Shown: positions 41,197-53,300 of the stretch, in pieces
Layout: the number at the start of each line of letters is the position of its first letter
Position numbering within the stretch: the stretch's first letter is position 1
From: Azolla caroliniana
Taxonomy: Eukaryota; Plantae; Polypodiophyta
Direction: 5' to 3'
NCBI GenBank assembly: GCA_043228905.1
Contig: JBHGNT010000011.1
Coordinates: forward strand, 1,798,001 to 1,862,000
DNA length: 64,000 nucleotides
Made by a program: the position numbers and the translations under genes
Notes under the pieces: model-generated
What the model was told of the DNA's origin: nothing
Seen by the model: the letters and a program-made list of their open reading frames with translations, nothing else
Databases searched by the model: none

Positions 41197-41342
41197 TGTC
41201 ATGATATGGCAAGACTCGAACCCATGACCTTATGCTACATGGGTCGAGCTCTTGACCATTAGACCATACATTGTAATACATAGAATATTATTTTCATTTA
41301 TGTTTTACTACAGAAAATTGATGTATATTCCAGATTTCTCTG

Positions 41343-41360
41343 GAACATTCTAGAAACTTC
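41343..41360 (+). promoter_or_regulatory. Perfect 4-unit heat-shock element upstream of the LTR TATA box
   Basis: GAAcaTTCtaGAAacTTC lies 20 bp upstream of TATAAA (41381). Confidence 0.6.
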
Positions 41361-41499
41361 AGGAGTACTCCTGAGAACACTATAAAAGGGGGCACAAGGC
41401 ATTATTTCGAACCAAATCGGTTCAACGCCAGTCTTAAGCCTCTTAGCTACTATTGTATACTCTCTTCACATAATATATCTTTTATCATCATTCTCTCAC

Positions 41500-41535
<36 letters not shown>

Positions 41536-42340
41536 ACTCTTTCCTTCTCTCGAGAGTTCTACACCTCTCTTAGTACTAATACTCATCTTTTAGTGCTAAT
41601 TCCTTCTCTGTCTTAGTACTGATCCTGACAATTTGAACCGATTTCCCGTCCTCCTTCCATCTCCTCCTTTCCTGCTCTTCCTTTGATCTTCTTACATATC
41701 CCCTTTTTTCGGTCTTCTTTTCGGTTTCCCTCATCTTCTTACCCCTTTCTTCCTTTCATACTAATTCTCTTATCCTCCCTAGTAAAATGGAAACTGTTAG
41801 TGCTCAGGAATACCAATCTGTTTTCTCGGAGCTCCAATACTTAAAGGATAAATTTGTAGCACTAGAACAAGAAAATCACCGTTTGTTGGGGGATCTTCAA
41901 CAAATAGCGTTGGGAAAACAACAACACGGGGAGCTAACATTACATGTGCAACAACTCGAAGCAACCATCGTAGCGAATCAACAACAAGGACCTGGAACAC
42001 AAGGGATTCATAAAGAACCCAAGATCGGCCTTCCCATGAAATTCGATGGAACACGATTGCATTTTAGAGGGTTCCTTAATCAGGTACGACTAGTTATTCA
42101 AATGCATCCTTCTTGATATCCCACCGACGCATGACGAGTGGGTTTAGTAGGCACGTTGTTAAGTGACTCAACATTGGCATGGTTTGCTTCGCTGTTAGAA
42201 AAAGAATCTCCATTACTAAACACTTTTGAAGAATTTTTAAGTGAGTTTAAAGCCTGTTTTGGAGATACTGACAGCATAAGGACAACAATCAACAAAATCC
42301 GACGACTAGGTCAAGGCGATTGTCCAGCCTCCGCATACGC

Positions 42341-45300
42341 TGTCCTAGTGTGAATCACACACTACGTGAAATATGTAAAATACTATATCTGATTTAAAGT
42401 ACATATAATAAATAAAATAAAATATTAAAAATATTTATTACGTGCATAGGGCAAGATTCAAACCCTATACCTCCACATAGACAAACCCCAACCTTATCAT
42501 TGTACTAACTTATCCTAAGTGTTAATATAGATTTAATACGCATAAGACCTTTATTTACGCCTACCTTTATTAAAAGGTAAGTCATGCATTTTTTAGAATG
42601 CGTGAATACTTTATTTATAAGAAAAATGTACACCAATAAAAAATGACTCGTGCACATCTAGCGAGCATGAGCACCATATTTAGGAAATAAAAGCATGTAC
42701 ACCAATATTTAGGAAGTCTCGGGGGATCTGACACTTCGGAAGTCCATGGATATCAGACATGCCTTCATGGATGAGACTCGGAAGAAACTTCGGATCGGTG
42801 GAGGTGGGTTCCTATTAAAGAATGAAGAAGAACGATTCAGTGGGATGCTAGAGCGACATGGGAGAGCATTTGCATTTACATCGAAAGAAATAGGATGCGC
42901 TGACCCGAAAGATAGTGGAGCCGATGGTGATCTTCATGATTGACCATGTGTCGTGGAACCTGAAGCCGATTCTGGTGCCACGGGCGCATATTCCGAAAAT
43001 CATCGACTTGCTCAAGGAGAAGGTGGCGATGGGGATTTTAGAGCCATCAAACGCTCCGTACTCAAATCGATGGTTTACGGTTCCGATGAAGAATGGGTCA
43101 CTCCGATTTATCCAAGACTTGCAACCGGTGAACAAGGTCACGATCCGGAACTCCGGAGTCGGTCCAATAGTGAACGAATTTGCGGAAGCATTTTCCGGTC
43201 GTGCGATATACTCCATCGGAGACCTATACTCAGGGTATGACCAATTCTAACTAGCCGTGGAGAGCCGAGACATCACTACCATGCGGACACCGATAGGATT
43301 AGTCCGGATGTGTACGCTACCACAAGGTGCGACGAACTCGGTCACACATATGATGAATGCAATGAACAAGGTGCTTCGAGACTGCATTCCGGAGATAACG
43401 ATGTCGTTCCTAGATGACATTCCAATGAAAGGATGCGTGGTAGAAGAAAAAGATGAAACTATGGATGATCGGGGATGTCGAAAGTTCGTAGTCGACCATA
43501 TTCATGATTGCGAGAAAGTGCTTCGAAAATTAGAAGATGTGCACCTAACACTTTCCGGTGAGAAATCGGCATTCGGGCAAGAAGAAATATTGGTAGTCGG
43601 ACATCTATGTGGGCCCTACGGCCGAAGACTGTCACCAACCAAGATCGACGCGATTCAAGCTATGAGAGAAGTATGCGAGTCACAATCCGAAGTCCAAAGG
43701 TTTCTTGGAGCATGTGCATTCTACCACATATGGATTCCGCACTATGCACATATTGCGGACCCACTCTATCACTTGTTGCGGAAGGGTAAGAAGTTTGAAT
43801 GGAAACCGGAGCATACCAAAGCCGTGAAGAAGCTCAAGAAATCACTACGAAGGGCAAAAGCACTAAAGAAGCCGAACTATGACTGACTGATCATAGTAAC
43901 GGTTGACACAAGTCCAACTGGAATCGGATGGGTCATCAATCAAGCCGATCCGGATGGTTCGCGATATCCGATCCGATTCGGAGCAAAGGTTCTCAACGAA
44001 AGGCAACGCAGATATGCACAAGTCAAAAGAGAATTATGGGGAGTCATGTCGGCAATCAAATCGGATCAAGATTATTTGATCGGAGTTGAAGAAGTGATCG
44101 AAACGGATTGTCTTCCGATACTCGGGATGATGCAGTGTTGCACGATACCGGATGTGGCTATGCTAAGATGGATTGCATATGTTAAGTTGCTTAATCCGGA
44201 GGTACGACACATCTCCGGAAAAGACAACGCGGTAGCGGATATGCTATCAAGGGCACGGTTCGGAGATGACATAACCGAATCCGATAATGAAGAAGTTTCC
44301 GAAGACTACTTTGCTTCGGAGCACATATGCCAGGTGAACGTAATCCGAGAATTCCGGGAAGAATAATACGAGGGAGAAAGCTTGCTGATCGGGAAAGTGC
44401 TACAAGAAATCGAGGAATCATCGGACAATAAAGAGAAGAGAACCGAGATCCGAAGTAAGAAGCGGCAAGTTCGAAAGTTCTTCTTGAAAAATGGATTAAT
44501 ATGGAGGGAGCCGAAAAGACCGGATGGCATACCACTTCGGGTAGTCGGGACGAAAGAGCAACGAAACCGGATAATGTCCGAATTTCACGAATCCGATTGG
44601 GCTGGACATCGAGGAACGTGGACAACTTTTGTGAAAATCAAACAAAAATATTGGTGGAAGAACATGTATAAAGATATAGCGGAGTTCACGGAAAGCTGCG
44701 AGAAGTGTCAAATCTACTCCGGAGTTCGACACCGACATGAGTTACATCCGACATTCTCACCGACAATCAACTTCAAATGGATGGTCGATATTGTAGCCAT
44801 GCCAACCAGGATCGGACAAAAGAAGTACTTGGTGTTAGCTCAAGAAGATCTCACAAACCAAGTAGAAGGTCGGGCGTTACGAAAGAAAACGTGTTTTGCA
44901 GTGTGCCAATTTCTTTTGGAGGAGGTGTTTTGCAGGTATAGGTGCGTAGGACAAGTGATTGCGGATCGGGGAGAACTCGACTTTGATAAAGCTAAGGAAT
45001 TCTTCACCAAACATGGATTTCGGTTAACACTGACAACGACATACAATCCGGAAGCCAATGGGAAGATCGAATGAGGACATAGTCCGATTGTCAAAGCACT
45101 TGCGAAGGCATGCAATGGAAGGGTGAAGGATTGGCCGCAGATGCTTCCGTATGCACTATGGGCAGATCGGACGACGCATAGCTCCGTAACTGGTTACATG
45201 CTGGTAGAGCTCATGACCGGACAAGCACCGGTAATGCCAACGGAAACCGCGATCGCGACATGGACAGTGCTACCATGGAAGGAAGAGATGAGCCAGGAAG

Positions 45301-46564
45301 AACTACTAGCGGTCCGGATACGACAACTAGAGGGAAGACCGGAAGACATAGCGGAAGCAATACGCCGACAACAAGAAGCGCGATTCCGGAATAAAAGCCG
45401 GTTCGACACAAAACACTGACTACGACCGCGGAAGATTGAAGAAGGAGATTGGGTGATTGTCTATGACACGACAGTAGTTTGGATCATCAACATACAACGA
45501 TGCGGAAGTTCGCGAAAAGGTGGTTCGGGCCATACGAGGTTCGGAAAGTTTTCGACAATGGAACATACCAACTATGCGAGTTGGATGGAACGATGCTATG
45601 AGTGCCTATAGCCGGGAAACGGGTGAAGATTTTCAAGAAGCGGACTGATGAAGAACCCTATGTGATCCTAGATAAGACCGACAAGGAGGAGCAATCGGAC
45701 GAAGAACGCGGTGATGCGGAAAGCGAAGAAAGTGGATTACAACTCATAGTCGACTTAAGGGGAGAATCAGAGGAAGCTTCGGATGAAGGTGAATAGCAAG
45801 CATCGGGGACTTCGGCACATACCGGAGCATGTGCGGGTTCGGAGGGGGCGAGTGTCGTAGTGTGAATCACACACTACGTGAAATATGTAAAATACTATAT
45901 CCGATTTAAAGTACGTATAATAAATAAAATAAAATATTAAAAATATTTATTACATGCATAGGGCAAGATTCAAACCCTATACCTCCATGTAAACAAACCC
46001 CAACCTTACCATTGTACTAACTTATCCTAAGTGTTTTAAATATAGATTTAATACACATAAGACCTTTATTTAAGTCATGCATTTTTTAGAATGCGTGAAT
46101 ACTTTATTTATAAGAAAAATGTACACCAATAAAAAATGACTCGTGCACATCTAGCGAGCATGAGCACTATATTTAGGAAATAAAAGCATAGTGTAAAAAG
46201 GCAAGTCATGCACATTTAGTGTGCATGAACACTTTAGAAAAAGCATGAAGCTATGCTTAGCCTCTTCCATCCTTATATAAGGAGGAGAAAAAGATGTATG
46301 GGGGGGTTGTTCATTATTTTACAAGGGTTGATTAATATAATATAATTGTGGGATTCACGAATTTGCTAACTATTTTTCTCTCTTAATCGGAGTACTCACT
46401 AATACACTATATTCGTGGGATTCACGAGTTTTTCATATCTTTCTTTCTTACAACATATTTCATATTCTTCATTGCCTTAGAATTTTCTTTTCTCCTAGTC
46501 CAAAACCTTAGTGGTTCCCACCCGACTCACGCAAACGATCCGGCGCCGAAAGGCACGACACAAG
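42341..46564 (+). mobile_element. Ty3/gypsy element with gag deletion (partial 5' LTR, RT-RH-IN, full 3' LTR)
   Basis: A 5' LTR fragment (42341 to about 42715) is fused to pol. RT reads LPQGATNSV..FLDDIPMKG, RNase H reads VDTSPTGIGW, and the integrase reads GHRG..WW..C..CQ and YNPEANGKIE. The PPT is GGAGGGGG and the 3' LTR is 45853-46560, followed by CAAG(T). Confidence 0.9.
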
Positions 46565-46853
46565 TGCAGATTTTCCTCTACTCGCCTCCGATATCCCTTG
46601 GGATGATCAAGCGTTAATGGAGCAATTTCGTTATGGTCCACGTAACGATGTCAAAGATTTACTCTTGACCTTTCCCGAAGAACCAAAGTCACTAACAGAA
46701 GCAATCAATCGCGTAGTGAGATTCGACAATTGCCTCTTCGAACGGCGTTCGGAACGTAAGTTCCAGATGCCAAGGGCAAGATCTGAGCCTACCTACGCCT
46801 CAGTGGTAGCGAAACCTTTTCCGAGGGAGTCATATAATGTGCCTCCAGTACGT

Positions 46854-49800
46854 TGTCGTGCCTTTCGGCTCCGGATCGTTTGCGTGAGTCGGGTGGGAAC
46901 CACTGGGGTTTTGGACTAGGAGAAAGAAGAATATGAGATGAGGCTAGTAATGAATAGATTATTAGAAGCTTGTGAATCCCACAAGTATTACGTTAATCAA
47001 TATTTATGTAAGAATATGTATTTAGATTGAAAGAGATAGATTATCTTAAACTTCGTGAATCCCACGAGTATATTTTATTGATTGTTGGTGTTTTAGGAAA
47101 TATATCCAATTTCCCAAACATTTCACACACCTATTACATTGTGCTCCCCATCCTTATGTAGTGATGAGGGAGTCCATGCTTTTTTTTTTCTAACTATAGA
47201 CTCCATGCTTTTCCTATAGATAGACTATATGCTTTATCTAAAGTGATCATGCTTTTTCTAACTTGTGCGTTTTTTTTATCAACTATAGCGTTCATGCACG
47301 CTAGATGTGCATGTGTAGCTTTTTCTTTTAGCATGCGTTTTCTTTTAACTAAAGTTTATCCTAGGTGAACTAAGCTTTCTATGTGGAACATCTATTTTTA
47401 AACACAAATGAAATGCTAGTGTAATGGTAAGACATTACATTATTAACATGGAGGTGCAAGGTTCGAATCTTGCCCTATGCATGTTCCATTTATTTTGCTA
47501 TTTTCTTCTATTTCTTCATTTTTTTATTGAATCTAATACTATATACGTTTTTCACGTAGTGTACAAAATACACTACGACACTCACCCCCTCCAAACCCGC
47601 ACATCCTCCGGTATGTGCCGAAGTTGTTGGTGTTTGTTAGTCTCCTCCGTCCGGTCTCTACCCGATTGGTTTCGTTGCCGGCTCGTAGTACCCTCGACTT
47701 CTCTTGTTATGTTGACTTTGTCTCTCCATTTGGAGCACATCCATTCTTTCCACCCGAACCATTGTCGCCATCCGATCCACCATAGTCTTCGTTCGCTTTT
47801 TGCATGGCCCGCTTGGTCCTTGTCATCCGCGGTAGTATCTTTTCTTGCCCTCTTTCTTTTCTTCATCAATCTCGACTTCTTTTCGGATTTTCGGTTTAGT
47901 CGGATTAGCTTACTTCCGATTCGGTCTCGTCGGATCGTCTTTCGTTTAGTTCGGCTTCCTTTCCGATTTGTATTCGGTCGATCCGGACTCGGTTGATCGG
48001 TTTTTACCGATTCAGTGCTCTTTCGGGTCAGTTTCTTTTCTTTTCTTTTCGTCCGGATTTGCTTTCTTTTCTTCGTTTTCACCTGCCTTGTCCGGTTCGA
48101 CTTTCGGCACTTCTTTCCGTTGTTCGCCACGTAGGTCCTCCGATATGTGCTCGTTGTTCGGTCCTCGTGTGGTTGTAATGCATGCTTCTTTTCTCGCCGT
48201 AGCGCGTGCTTCTTTATTCGCCATAACACGCGTTTCTTTATTCGCCGTAGAGCGTGCTCTGTATTACGCGCTTCTCTCGTCGTAGACCCGACCTCCGCAT
48301 TGTCGCACTTTCTTTTAGATTGGAATTTCGGATGGATCATTTTCCATCCGAACCGACTTCCGACTTTACCTTCCTCGTCGCCATCTCCCGTCTCTCCGGT
48401 CTCACGTTGGTTCTCGGACACAACCGCCGAAGTCTCTAGATATTGTTGGCATGAATCCTCGGTATTACCTTCTTTCGTAGTTTCACCCTTAGCATTCTTC
48501 TCGGCTATCTCTTCATCGTATTCGTCGGCTTCGACATTCGTTTTCTCTCCGCCACCTTCCGTCTCTTCGGTCTCACGTTGCCTTTCGATCGCAACCGCCG
48601 GAGTCTCTGGAATCAGTGGTGGGGAAGTCTCGATATGGCAATCCGCCATTGATTTGTCCATAGCCACCTCCGATTCGATTTCGTCTTTTGTGGCTACCTC
48701 CTTAATCACATCCGCTTCACACTCTTTATCTGCAACAATTATGCAAACATCTATTATGCTTACCCCTTTTTGACCCGATGTCTCGGGCACTTGTATCCCG
48801 AAATTTCCTTCTACACTTGAATTATCGGCCTTATCCTTCGCCATCGTTCTTTCACAAGACAAGAGGGTGGTAGCTTGTTTTACACCCTCTTCCGTCGCAC
48901 CATCATGTTGTATTTCGGCCTTCATATCGGCTCCATCGTTTGTCTTCAATCGACCATCCTTCATCGGCCATGTCGTTGACAAGATTCTCATCTTCCTCTC
49001 ATCATGTCTCCGGCATACCCTTTGGACTTCGGCCCAATCCTCGGTAAGACCGTTCGCACCGTCATCATCTTCGAGTTCGATCCCAATGTCCATCCTTTCT
49101 TTCCGATCGATCGATCTTACGAACATTAAGACTTTATCTCCTCCCACCAATCTTCGTTCCCGCTCCGAGAGTCGAGCAAAACAATGCTCGAACTCTAGGA
49201 ACGCTTGCGTTGCACTTCGGTGAGTCTTCTCCGACGCCACCCATTCGTCGAATTCTCGTCGATCTCGTCCCGTCCATCTCTCATAGTCATATGCCTCCCG
49301 TAAAGCTTCTTCAAAGGACTCCCATGTCGAGTTTTGTTGTTGTATCTTGTGGATTCTCTCTTGTAGTTCGTCCGAGGCTACCCGACTAAAGGATATCACT
49401 TGCAATCCTTCCGGTATCCGATATTGCATCATCTCCGCCTTATATTCACGTAGGTAGCGTGACACACCCTTACCGTTGAATTCCCCGTTTCGTCGGAGAA
49501 GCCGCTCTACTACCGCCTTCATCTCCGACATCACTCGTTGTTCTTGTAGCATCCGCTCGAACATCATCATCATCATGTTCATCGCCTCTTGTTGATTCTC
49601 CATCTCCTTGCCACCCGCCTTCACGTCGGGTTCACCAACTTGTGTCGTGCCTTTCGGCTCCGGATCGTTTGCGTGAGTCGGGTGGGAACCACTGGGGTTT
49701 TGGACTAGGAGAAAGAAGAATATGAGATGAGGCTAGTAATGAATAGATTATTAGAAGCTTGTGAATCCCACAAGTATTACGTTAATCAATATTTATGTAA

Positions 49801-50369
49801 GAATATGTATTTAGATTGAAAGAGATAGATTATCTTAAACTTCGTGAATCCCACGAGTATATTTTATTGATTGTTGGTGTTTTAGGAAATATATCCAATT
49901 TCCCAAACATTTCACACACCTATTACATTGTGCTCCCCATCCTTATGTAGTGATGAGGGAGTCCATGCTTTTTTTTTTCTAACTATAGACTCCATGCTTT
50001 TCCTATAGATAGACTATATGCTTTATCTAAAGTGATCATGCTTTTTCTAACTTGTGCGTTTTTTTTATCAACTATAGCGTTCATGCACGCTAGATGTGCA
50101 TGTGTAGCTTTTTCTTTTAGCATGCGTTTTCTTTTAACTAAAGTTTATCCTAGGTGAACTAAGCTTTCTATGTGGAACATCTATTTTTAAACACAAATGA
50201 AATGCTAGTGTAATGGTAAGACATTACATTATTAACATGGAGGTGCAAGGTTCGAATCTTGCCCTATGCATGTTCCATTTATTTTGCTATTTTCTTCTAT
50301 TTCTTCATTTTTTTATTGAATCTAATACTATATACGTTTTTCACGTAGTGTACAAAATACACTACGACA
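46854..50369 (-). mobile_element. Young gag-only non-autonomous LTR retrotransposon (TR-GAG-like architecture)
   Basis: Two 727-bp LTRs (46854-47580 and 49643-50369) show no difference by eye, and the TSD is ACGT/ACGT. An 18-nt tRNA-Trp PBS (TGGTGAACCCGACGTGAA) lies at 49620-49637 on the minus strand. The PPT is GGAGGGGGTGAG, and a single ORF fills the interior. Confidence 0.92.
47582..49603 (-). CDS. Gag-like protein (673 aa): capsid-like N-terminus, acidic disordered middle, very basic C-terminus
   Basis: The ORF is uninterrupted from the first ATG just after the PBS to a stop one base before the 3' LTR. The N-terminal FNGKGVSRYLREY...TWESFEEALREAY is retrotransposon-gag-like. No protease, RT or integrase motifs and no CCHC knuckle are present. 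Confidence 0.75.
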   Translation of the reverse strand: MENQQEAMNMMMMMFERMLQEQRVMSEMKAVVERLLRRNGEFNGKGVSRYLREYKAEMMQYRIPEGLQVISFSRVASDELQERIHKIQQQNSTWESFEEALREAYDYERWTGRDRREFDEWVASEKTHRSATQAFLEFEHCFARLSERERRLVGGDKVLMFVRSIDRKERMDIGIELEDDDGANGLTEDWAEVQRVCRRHDERKMRILSTTWPMKDGRLKTNDGADMKAEIQHDGATEEGVKQATTLLSCERTMAKDKADNSSVEGNFGIQVPETSGQKGVSIIDVCIIVADKECEADVIKEVATKDEIESEVAMDKSMADCHIETSPPLIPETPAVAIERQRETEETEGGGEKTNVEADEYDEEIAEKNAKGETTKEGNTEDSCQQYLETSAVVSENQRETGETGDGDEEGKVGSRFGWKMIHPKFQSKRKCDNAEVGSTTREARNTEHALRRIKKRVLWRIKKHALRREKKHALQPHEDRTTSTYRRTYVANNGKKCRKSNRTRQVKTKKRKQIRTKRKEKKLTRKSTESVKTDQPSPDRPNTNRKGSRTKRKTIRRDRIGSKLIRLNRKSEKKSRLMKKRKRARKDTTADDKDQAGHAKSERRLWWIGWRQWFGWKEWMCSKWRDKVNITREVEGTTSRQRNQSGRDRTEETNKHQQLRHIPEDVRVWRG

Positions 50370-53300
50370 ACGTACTCCAATTCCGATGGAAATTGACACC
50401 ACACGTCGTCGTAGACCGCTATCAGAAGAAGAAAAGCAATGATGCTGAGCAAACTGACTATGTCTTTATTGTGGTGGACCAGGGCATATCGCGGTAAACG
50501 GTCCCCATAGGCCAAGAAGGCAGGTAAACCAAATAGTTACTAGTTCTGATTGTACTAAACCTGAGTCTATTTTAGTAGGGATATCTGATAGTCCTAATAG
50601 TACTAATAGCCCAAATCTAGCGAACAAATTTGATGTCCTTAGTCAGTTAAAAGAAGAGGTAAACGACTAAGTACATCCAAAATAGGAGCCGTTTGGTTGG
50701 ACAACCCTAGATCTGTGCAGCCCATTAGTGGTTCCATTCCCTCTAAGCAAGTTAGCAATGTGTTCGTAGCCCAAGTAACAGTTAGTACTAAAAGTACCCC
50801 TCCAGTACACGTCTTAGCACTTCTAGATTCCTGAGCTAATTCTTGCTTCATGGATAGGAACTTTGCCCAAGCTCATCAGATATCACTCAGAAAACTCCAG
50901 TGTCTAGCCTCTGTAGTAGTCATTGATGGTTGTCCCATTGCTTCCGAAAATATCATAGAAGAGTCAAAGCCTGCTTATATTGTCCTAGATAACCTAGCAT
51001 GTGTAGTATCATTTAATATAATTAGCATCCTAGAACACCCCGTTGTTTTAGGATTACCATGGTTCGAATTACATAACTCAGACATAGATTGGAGAACAAG
51101 AGAAATCCGGTATCGAAAAGCTTGAGGGTCTACTCATGAGATTGCAACCATTGTGCTACATCAGTTGCAGGAAGAAGGGCGAAAGGAAGAAATGTTTCTC
51201 TTCGCAATATCAGTAAAGCCCTCAGATACCATTAAAGAGGAGTCCACTGTTCAACTTCGAAAGAAGTATCATCATTATGCCGATGTGTTCGATAAAGTAC
51301 AAGCCAATACGCTTCCTCACCATCGACCATATGATTGCCCTATCGATTTACAACCGGGGAAAGAGCCAACATGGGTACCGATCTACAATTTGTCACCAAC
51401 CAAGCTAGAAGTCCTGCGAGCCTATATAGAGGAGAATTTGGAAAATGTCTTCATTCGGCATTCGAAATCTCCAGCCGGCGCACCCATTTTCTTCGTCAAG
51501 AAAAAGGATGGATCACTTCGTATCGTTGTAGATTATCGTGGCTTGAATAAGGTTACAATTAGAAATATGTATGCACTTCCCCTTATCTCAAGTCTTTTAG
51601 AACGAATCAATGGTGCTAGGTTCTTCACGAAGATCGACTTACGGGGAGCCTATAACTTCGTACGGATCCGACTAGGAGATGAATGGAAGACCGCGTTTCG
51701 CACCAGATATGGGCACTTCGAGTATACGGTCATGCCGCTCGGCCTCACTAATGAGCCAACAGTCTTCTAGCACATGGCAAATGATATATTCTGAGATCTC
51801 TTGGATGTTTGTTTGATCATCTATTTGGATGATCTATTGTTTTATTCGAAGACCCAAGAAGAGCAAGATTCTCATGTATTGTTAGTACTAAAACGACTTC
51901 GAGAATATGGTCTTTATGCAAAGCTGGGAAAATGTAGTTTTGGGTGCAACCAGGTGGAATTTCTGGGCTATGTCATTTCCTCGGAATGCATCTCCATGGA
52001 CCCAGCTAAGGTCAAAACTATGCTAGAGTGGCAGACTCCGCGTTCGGTGCGAGATATGTAATGATTTTTAGGCTTTGTCAATTTTTACTGGAAGTTCATA
52101 CAAGATTACTCAAAGCTCGTTCTGCCTCTCACATAGCTTACCAAGAAGAGACAATCGTTCGTTTGGTCTGAAGAAACGGACATGGCTTTCGAGAGTCTTA
52201 AAAAGGCATTTACATCGGCTCGAATTCTAGCTCATGTTGATCTAGAAAAACCATTCATTATCGAAGCAGACACATCAGATTTCACATTGGAGAGCATTCT
52301 GTCACAACGGGGTAATGATGAGAAGCTACATCCTGTGGCTTTTCACTCACGCAAGTTTGACGCCACCGAAATCAACTAGGAAATTCATGATAAGGAGCTA
52401 TTGGAAATAGTGGACTCTTTTACGTAATGGAGGCATTTTCTAGAGGGATCCTCTCATCAAGTCACCGTATTTAGTGACCACAAAAACCTTGCCTACTTTC
52501 AGGACGCTCGTGTGTTAAATTGATGTCAAGCTTGGTGGGCCCACTTCCTCACGCGTTTCAACTTCAAAATTACATATCATTCAGGGAAGCACCAAGGGAA
52601 GACAAATGCATTATCACGGCATTCGTACCTAGCACCGCGTCCCGACGAGCCAGCTTTTGATAACCAAAAGCAAGTAATCTTGGGACCGACACAACTGCAA
52701 GCAACACAGGTCTTTGGCATGCCCATGGATTCCCACGTTATTGATACTATACGTGAGGAATTGAAGACCGATGCTTTCGCCCAAGCCATTCTAGCACAAA
52801 TTGATCCCTCTCGAGCATCTTGTTCACAGTCGGAACCACCAGGTACAGACTATCAGCAATTCAAATACCATGATGGATTACTATTCTTTAATGAACTCTT
52901 GTATGTTCTAATGGTTCTTGCCGCCTTCGAGTAGTCCAAAACTGTCATGACACATATACAACTGAGCATTTTGGTAGTATTAAAACATTAGATTTAGTAC
53001 AACGATCATTTTGGTGGCCCCGTATGTGACAATTTGTCGAAGATTTTATTCGGACTTGTGATACATGCTACAGAGCGAAAATGCCAAGGCATCATCCATA
53101 TGGTTTATTAGAACCATTACCAATTCCAAGCAAGCCGTGGCAATCCATTACTCTAGACATCATCACAGATCTTCTCGTCTCTAAGGGGTTCAATGCGATT
53201 CTAACAGTCATAGATCGATATACGAAGATGGCTCATTTCTTGCCATGTACTAAGGAAATCTCCAGTGAAGAAACCACCGAAATTGTCATGCGTGAATTAT

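Noticed and set aside
47410-47482. Functional tRNA gene, possibly an ochre suppressor (loop TATTAAC)
   Set aside because: There is no acceptor-stem pairing, position 33 is not U, and the anticodon region differs between LTR families. Only the A/B boxes and partial arms are supported.
47424-49223. Long plus-strand ORFs (47424, 48147, 48867)
   Set aside because: These are shadow frames antisense to the compositionally biased gag-like ORF.
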